Notes under the pieces: model-generated
Seen by the model: only the letters and a program-made list of their open reading frames with translations
What the model was told of the DNA's origin: nothing
Database searches by the model: none
Program-made: the position numbers and the translations under genes
In this document: positions 60,253-64,000 of the stretch, in pieces
How the letters are laid out: each line of letters opens with the position of its first letter
Position numbering within the stretch: the first letter of the stretch is position 1
Assembly (NCBI GenBank): GCA_021298245.1
Contig: JAJTDZ010000011.1
Coordinates: forward strand, 17,247-81,246
Direction: 5' to 3'
From: Algoriphagus sp.
GTDB taxonomy: Bacteria; Bacteroidota; Bacteroidia; Cytophagales; Cyclobacteriaceae
Length of the DNA: 64,000 nt

Positions 60253-60555
60253 ATGGAAGACATTACTGTAAGTGAATTAAAAGAAAGAATAGAAAGTGGT
60301 AAACCCTTTCACTTCATAGACGTGCGTGAAGAGTGGGAATACGAAGAAGACAACTTGGGCGCCAATAATATCCCCCTAGGTCAACTTCCTCAGCAATTGA
60401 CTCAACTGGATGGATTAAAAAATCAGGAAATCATCGTCCATTGTCGCTCAGGAGCAAGAAGTGGCAATGCCAAACAGTTTTTAGAATCCAAAGGTTTTAC
60501 GAAGGTCCGGAACGTATTGGGTGGAATTTTAGCCTTCCGCTCCTTAGCGGAATAG
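60253..60555 (+). CDS. Single-domain rhodanese-like protein
   Basis: IDVRE..EY, HCRSGARS active loop, V.GG. Confidence 0.9.
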   Translation: MEDITVSELKERIESGKPFHFIDVREEWEYEEDNLGANNIPLGQLPQQLTQLDGLKNQEIIVHCRSGARSGNAKQFLESKGFTKVRNVLGGILAFRSLAE

Positions 60556-60582
60556 TAAAAAGCAATTCTAGGCAAGATCAAA

Positions 60583-60786
60583 TTGTACAAAGTACTAAGT
60601 ACAATGTACAAAGTATCTTATGAATGAATATTGGATTTCAAAATGGGTTGGCAAAGAACGACTTCAACATTCTTCAATCGACGATGGATGTTTGACATTA
60701 GTCTTAAGTTTGTATTTCATACCTAACATTTGATCACCTACCTGGTACATCGAACAACTCGAATCCATACTTGGTACATTGTACTG
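60583..60786. repeat. Heptamer tandem tracts forming an inverted pair
   Basis: Left tract TTGTACA AAGTACT AAGTACA ATGTACA AAGTATC (60583-60617). Right ATACTTGGTACATTGTACT (60767-60785) is the reverse complement of 60598-60616 with 1 mismatch. Confidence 0.75.
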
Positions 60787-60808
60787 AAATCTGAAGACCG
60801 TCTGACAA

Positions 60809-61924
60809 TCAGCTTATCTTAAACGGTTGGGGAGAGAAGCAAAGGATAAACACCAAAATGGCAATCCATCCTAGCACTTTTCTCTTTTTGTCTACCGCTT
60901 GGAATCCTTGCACCTCAGGATGCTTGATTCCCATTACCCTTCCCAATAAAAATCCAAAAAACAACCAGCCTTGATACCCTTCCCAAGCAGGTTGTAAAAA
61001 TACCACCAGGTACTGAAAAGCACCTACGCTCAAGGCTAGTGTCACCTTATTGAGGGAAGATAGGCTAGATTTAGAAAAGCAAAAGTATAGAAATCCAAGG
61101 TACAAAGGTATCCGAAGGAGTAATTCGTCCACGGGTAAGGAAGGCCGTATCACCCCCAAACCAGCATAAGTCATAAAGCCAGTAAAAGTAATTAGAGAAA
61201 TTCGTGCATGGGACTTGGGAAATAGACCAAAAAGGACATGTCCCCCATCCAGCTGTCCAATAGGCAAAAGGTTGAGTGCTGTAAAAAACAAAGCCAAATA
61301 GCCTGCAAACAAAAAGGGATAATGGATCAATTCCGACATGGAAGGCAAGTGATTTGGGTCAGCAAGCACCTCTCCCATAGCCCAAAAGAGTAAGTTATTT
61401 CCCAACTCAAACTCCAATGCATCTTCTCCGTAGCCTTTAAAGTTTGGATCTGCATATTCGGGATGGATCTTATAGAGGTATTCAGGTCCAGGTAAGGTCA
61501 GCATGCCATAGGTCAAGACGCCAAATGCTACCACAAAACCAGCAAGGGGACCTGCAATGCCAATATCAAAGTATTTTTTACGACTACTGACCCTTCCTTT
61601 CATCCGGATGATGGCACCAAAAGTCCCTAAGGAAGGACTCCCCAAAAATCCCAACCAAGCAGGAATAAAAAAAGGGAGGGTACAGCGTACTTTGTGGTAG
61701 ATTGAAGTAAACAGGTGTCCCAATTCATGTACCAATAAAATTCCTACAAAAGGGACGGAAAAGGTTAAAGAACGGATGAAATAGGTCCAGGTCAAAGCGG
61801 CTTCTCCTGAGTCCAAGATGGATTTTCCGTACAACCACTCTGCCCCAGCCAAGGTGGTAGTCAAAAGGGTAAGAAGCAATAAAAGGGCATGAATTACGTA
61901 CTCTTTAGTGGTATACATCTGCAA
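60809..61924 (-). CDS. Site-2 protease family (M50) intramembrane metalloprotease
   Basis: HELGH, AGP and NLLPIGQLDGG motifs. Confidence 0.9.
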   Translation of the reverse strand: MQMYTTKEYVIHALLLLLTLLTTTLAGAEWLYGKSILDSGEAALTWTYFIRSLTFSVPFVGILLVHELGHLFTSIYHKVRCTLPFFIPAWLGFLGSPSLGTFGAIIRMKGRVSSRKKYFDIGIAGPLAGFVVAFGVLTYGMLTLPGPEYLYKIHPEYADPNFKGYGEDALEFELGNNLLFWAMGEVLADPNHLPSMSELIHYPFLFAGYLALFFTALNLLPIGQLDGGHVLFGLFPKSHARISLITFTGFMTYAGLGVIRPSLPVDELLLRIPLYLGFLYFCFSKSSLSSLNKVTLALSVGAFQYLVVFLQPAWEGYQGWLFFGFLLGRVMGIKHPEVQGFQAVDKKRKVLGWIAILVFILCFSPQPFKIS

Positions 61925-62540
61925 AAAAATCTAAAAGTGTATGGGGGCCTTCTACCCGAATGGACTGAATCCCTAAAGCGGCAGCTCCTTCAATATTGGC
62001 CGCAAGATCATCAAAAAAAAGAATCTGTGATGGATCAACACCCACTGTATCCACTAGGTGTTGGTAAATCGCCTGATCCGGCTTGGCCAAGCCTACCTGG
62101 TGACTGTAAAAAACCCAATCAAAAAGTGAAGCAAAATTGTCCATCCCATACTCTTTGGCAAGCATATCTTCTACCGCATGTATATGAATTTCATTGGTAT
62201 TGCTGAGGATGGCCACTTGAAAATGGGTTTTGAGTTGCCTAATCAAGTCCAATCGGTAAGCAGGCAGACTTCCCAAAAGACTATTCCAAAGCGCATCTAC
62301 CTCATCATCAGACCAGTATTGCTCAAAGTAATTTCTAAATTCATTTCTAAAGGTCGAACTATCAAGTTCTCCCCTTTCGTAAGCCTTATGGAATTCGGCC
62401 GAATAGCATTGATCCACTTTGGGATGCAGGTGAATTGGAATTACCGACTTCATCGTGGACATGGCTTTGGCGTAATCGATATCGATCAGCACATTGCCCA
62501 AGTCAAAGACGATTAGCTCTAGGTCTGGCCTTATTTTCAT
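61905..62540 (-). CDS. HAD family phosphatase (YihX-like)
   Basis: FDLGNVL, LSNTN, KPD and FFDD motifs. Confidence 0.88.
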   Translation of the reverse strand: MKIRPDLELIVFDLGNVLIDIDYAKAMSTMKSVIPIHLHPKVDQCYSAEFHKAYERGELDSSTFRNEFRNYFEQYWSDDEVDALWNSLLGSLPAYRLDLIRQLKTHFQVAILSNTNEIHIHAVEDMLAKEYGMDNFASLFDWVFYSHQVGLAKPDQAIYQHLVDTVGVDPSQILFFDDLAANIEGAAALGIQSIRVEGPHTLLDFFADVYH

Positions 62541-62649
62541 CCTCAGGGAGGGTTGATAAATTCAACTCAAATATGTAACATTGCAGACCCAAAACCAAGG
62601 TCAGGACAGTAATCTCCCCAGATTTTGATTTGGAAAAATCTCCTTAGTT

Positions 62650-62723
62650 GGGCCTATAGCTCATTCGGTTAGAGCAACTGACTCATAATCAGTAGGTGCT
62701 TGGTTCGATTCCAAGTGGGCCCA
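62650..62723 (+). tRNA. tRNA with CAT anticodon, probably tRNA-Ile2 (lysidine), otherwise elongator Met
   Basis: Acceptor GGGCCTA/TGGGCCC+A, D-stem GCTC/GAGC, anticodon arm ACTGA-CTCATAA-TCAGT, T-arm CTTGG-TTCGATT-CCAAG. The paired G1-C72 excludes fMet. CCA is not encoded. Confidence 0.93.
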
Positions 62724-62729
62724 CTTAAA

Positions 62730-62763
62730 AAACCCCTTCAGAAAGATTTTGAAGGGGTTTTTT
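62730..62763 (+). terminator. Terminator after the tRNA (repeat unit 1)
   Basis: CCCCTTCAGAA-AGA-TTTTGAAGGGG followed by TTTTTT. Confidence 0.75.
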
Positions 62764-62927
62764 GTTTTTTATTTCGCCAAGTAGTAGATCCTGCCTTTCG
62801 GCCAAATAGGACACAAAGTAATTCCACCCTTAGCGGACTTACGGCTTACTGCGTATCTTCACTTTTTTTGTCTTAGAAAATTTAATAACTTAAAAAAACC
62901 AATTCCTGAGTAACATATCTAAAATGT

Positions 62928-62990
62928 GAGCAACTGACTCCCCCGATGCTTCGGGGCAGTAGGTGCTTGGTTCGATTCCAAGTGGGCCCA
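62928..62990 (+). pseudogene. tRNA 3' fragment 1, anticodon replaced by hairpin CCCCGA-TGCT-TCGGGG
   Basis: Identical to tRNA 62672-62723 except ATAAT is replaced by a 16-nt hairpin; no 5' acceptor strand. Confidence 0.85.
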
Positions 62991-62999
62991 CTTCCTAAT

Positions 63000-63030
63000 C
63001 CCCTTCAGAATTGTTTTGAAGGGGTTTTTT
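63000..63030 (+). terminator. Terminator in repeat unit 2
   Basis: CCCCTTCAGAA-TTG-TTTTGAAGGGG followed by TTTTTT; same stem as unit 1 with a different loop. Confidence 0.7.
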
Positions 63031-63193
63031 GTTTTTTATTTCGCCAAGTAGTAGATCCTGCCTTTCGGCCAAATAGGACACAAAGTAATTCCACCCTTAG
63101 CGGACTTACGGCTTACTGCTTGTCTTCACTTTTTTTGTCTTAGAAAATTTAATAACTTAAAAAACCAATTCCTGAGTAACATATCTAAAATGT

Positions 63194-63256
63194 GAGCAAC
63201 TGACTCCCCCGATCCTTCGGGGCTGTAGGTGCTTGGTTCGATTCCAAGTGGGCCCA
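63194..63256 (+). pseudogene. tRNA 3' fragment 2, anticodon replaced by hairpin CCCCGA-TCCT-TCGGGG
   Basis: Same as fragment 1 apart from loop TCCT and CAGT changed to CTGT. Confidence 0.85.
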
Positions 63257-63266
63257 CTTCAGATTC

Positions 63267-63304
63267 AGGCACTTACGAGTATTTAACTCGAAGTGCCTTT
63301 TTTG
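63267..63304 (+). terminator. Different terminator after the last tRNA fragment
   Basis: AGGCACTT-A-CGAGT-ATTTA-ACTCG-AAGTGCCT followed by a T-run. Confidence 0.7.
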
Positions 63305-63476
63305 TTGGATACGATTTGTCATCTAGAATCAAAGGGTTAAGAATAAAATCTAGTAGGGCCTCCTATCACCTATTGTGACATTAAATTTTGCAGAATACCT
63401 GTAAATTGCCCTTGGAATTAAAAAATCTTGTGGATAACATGGTAAGACACAAAAGAATTCAACACTTGCTTTTCTT

Positions 63477-64000
63477 ATGAAACACCCAGTAATTTCAAAT
63501 CTATGCCTTCTCTTAACAGGTCTATTTTTTTGCTGCACAAGTGATCTAGAACCAGCCACCCCAAAAGTTCAAGTTCCCCCTCCATTCAATGGTACTATTT
63601 TTCTTGATCCTGATATCCTTACTTCATCCGATCCTACCACCTTCACCAACCTTACCTATGCTGGGCAGGCCCAACGAAAAATGTTTGACCGAAGAGTCAA
63701 TGATTGGATCACTACAAACCCCTTTCTTTTCAAAGCCAACTACACCGATGGCCTGTCCATAGAATTTCAAATTAATCCTGAATTCAAAACTGTTGCAGAA
63801 GCTGAAATCCAAGCCTTAAAATATGCTGAAGTATTCGGCAGACTTCCAACTGCTTTACGTAAAGATGTAAAGACCTCCTGGATTCACTTGGGAACTCAAC
63901 CATTTGGAGGTGGAAATAATAACCTACTGATTCATATTGGTCAATCCACACTCTATGAAAAAGATGGAATACTGGAAGAAACATTGGTTCATGAAGCAGC
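63477..64000 (+). CDS. Putative lipoprotein with probable zincin HExxH motif, partial (runs off the right edge)
   Basis: Manual translation MKHPVISNLCLLLTGLFFCCTSD...PPFNGTIFLDPDI...FGGGNNNLLIH...ILEETLVHEAA. Open for 174 codons; the final H of the motif lies outside the window. Confidence 0.72.
   Translation, partial: MKHPVISNLCLLLTGLFFCCTSDLEPATPKVQVPPPFNGTIFLDPDILTSSDPTTFTNLTYAGQAQRKMFDRRVNDWITTNPFLFKANYTDGLSIEFQINPEFKTVAEAEIQALKYAEVFGRLPTALRKDVKTSWIHLGTQPFGGGNNNLLIHIGQSTLYEKDGILEETLVHEA

Larger units (their letters stand above)
62672..63256 (+). repeat. Tandem array of tRNA-3'-fragment repeats (units start 62672, 62928, 63194; periods 256 and 266 bp)
   Basis: Direct comparison shows two near-identical ~205-bp spacers and two extra copies of GAGCAACTGACTC...GTAGGTGCTTGGTTCGATTCCAAGTGGGCCCACT. 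Confidence 0.95.

Noticed and set aside
2317-62516. Numerous 60-160 aa antisense or overlapping ORFs in the track (e.g. 26447-26914, 40188-40673, 47105-47521)
   Set aside because: They lie within well-supported genes and show no independent motifs.
62764-62927. GIY-YIG or integrase remnant, or displaced tRNA 5' half (GGCCAAATAG), in the spacer
   Set aside because: The frames examined have early stops and no recognisable motifs. Similarity to the tRNA 5' end is too weak to support a split or intron-containing tRNA.
62946-63143. 65-aa ORF inside the tRNA repeat unit
   Set aside because: Its ATG lies in the variable hairpin loop (ATC in the other copy), it reads through tRNA and terminator sequence, and it has no protein-like motif.
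62672-63256. CRISPR array interpretation of the repeats
   Set aside because: The repeats are tRNA-derived, the ~200-bp spacers are near-identical rather than unique, and no cas genes are present.
63350-63984. Three short minus-strand ORFs at the right edge
   Set aside because: They are antisense shadows of the long plus-strand ORF starting at 63477.

Overview
Mostly core-genome chromosome of a Bacteroidota bacterium, probably Cytophagales/Cyclobacteriaceae-like. This is inferred from T9SS C-terminal domains, a SusE-type lipoprotein and TAnnTTTG promoters. The window holds about 57 densely packed CDS. They include housekeeping genes (gatC, ilvE, frameshifted prfB, mscL, ptrB, mgsA-pfkA, fbaA, surE, ribBA, dnaG, Mrp/NifU), a TauE/desaturase/Usp/Crp module, a TonB receptor plus feoAB, an ECF sigma cassette and a LacI-regulated alpha-glucan locus lacking SusC/D. 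The most unusual structure is at the right end. A tRNA(CAT) is followed by two tandem 256/266-bp non-coding units, each ending in a copy of the tRNA's 3' two-thirds in which the anticodon is replaced by a CCCCGA-N4-TCGGGG hairpin. Features missing from the ORF track: the prfB +1 frameshift, a 5'-truncated TIGR03643-like relic, a 38-aa FeoB-associated Cys-rich gene, a duplicated ECF-type promoter, LacI/Crp/Fur-like sites, heptamer inverted repeats and two partial edge ORFs. No transposase, integrase or CRISPR array was seen. Family assignments come from motif recognition only; no database search was run.
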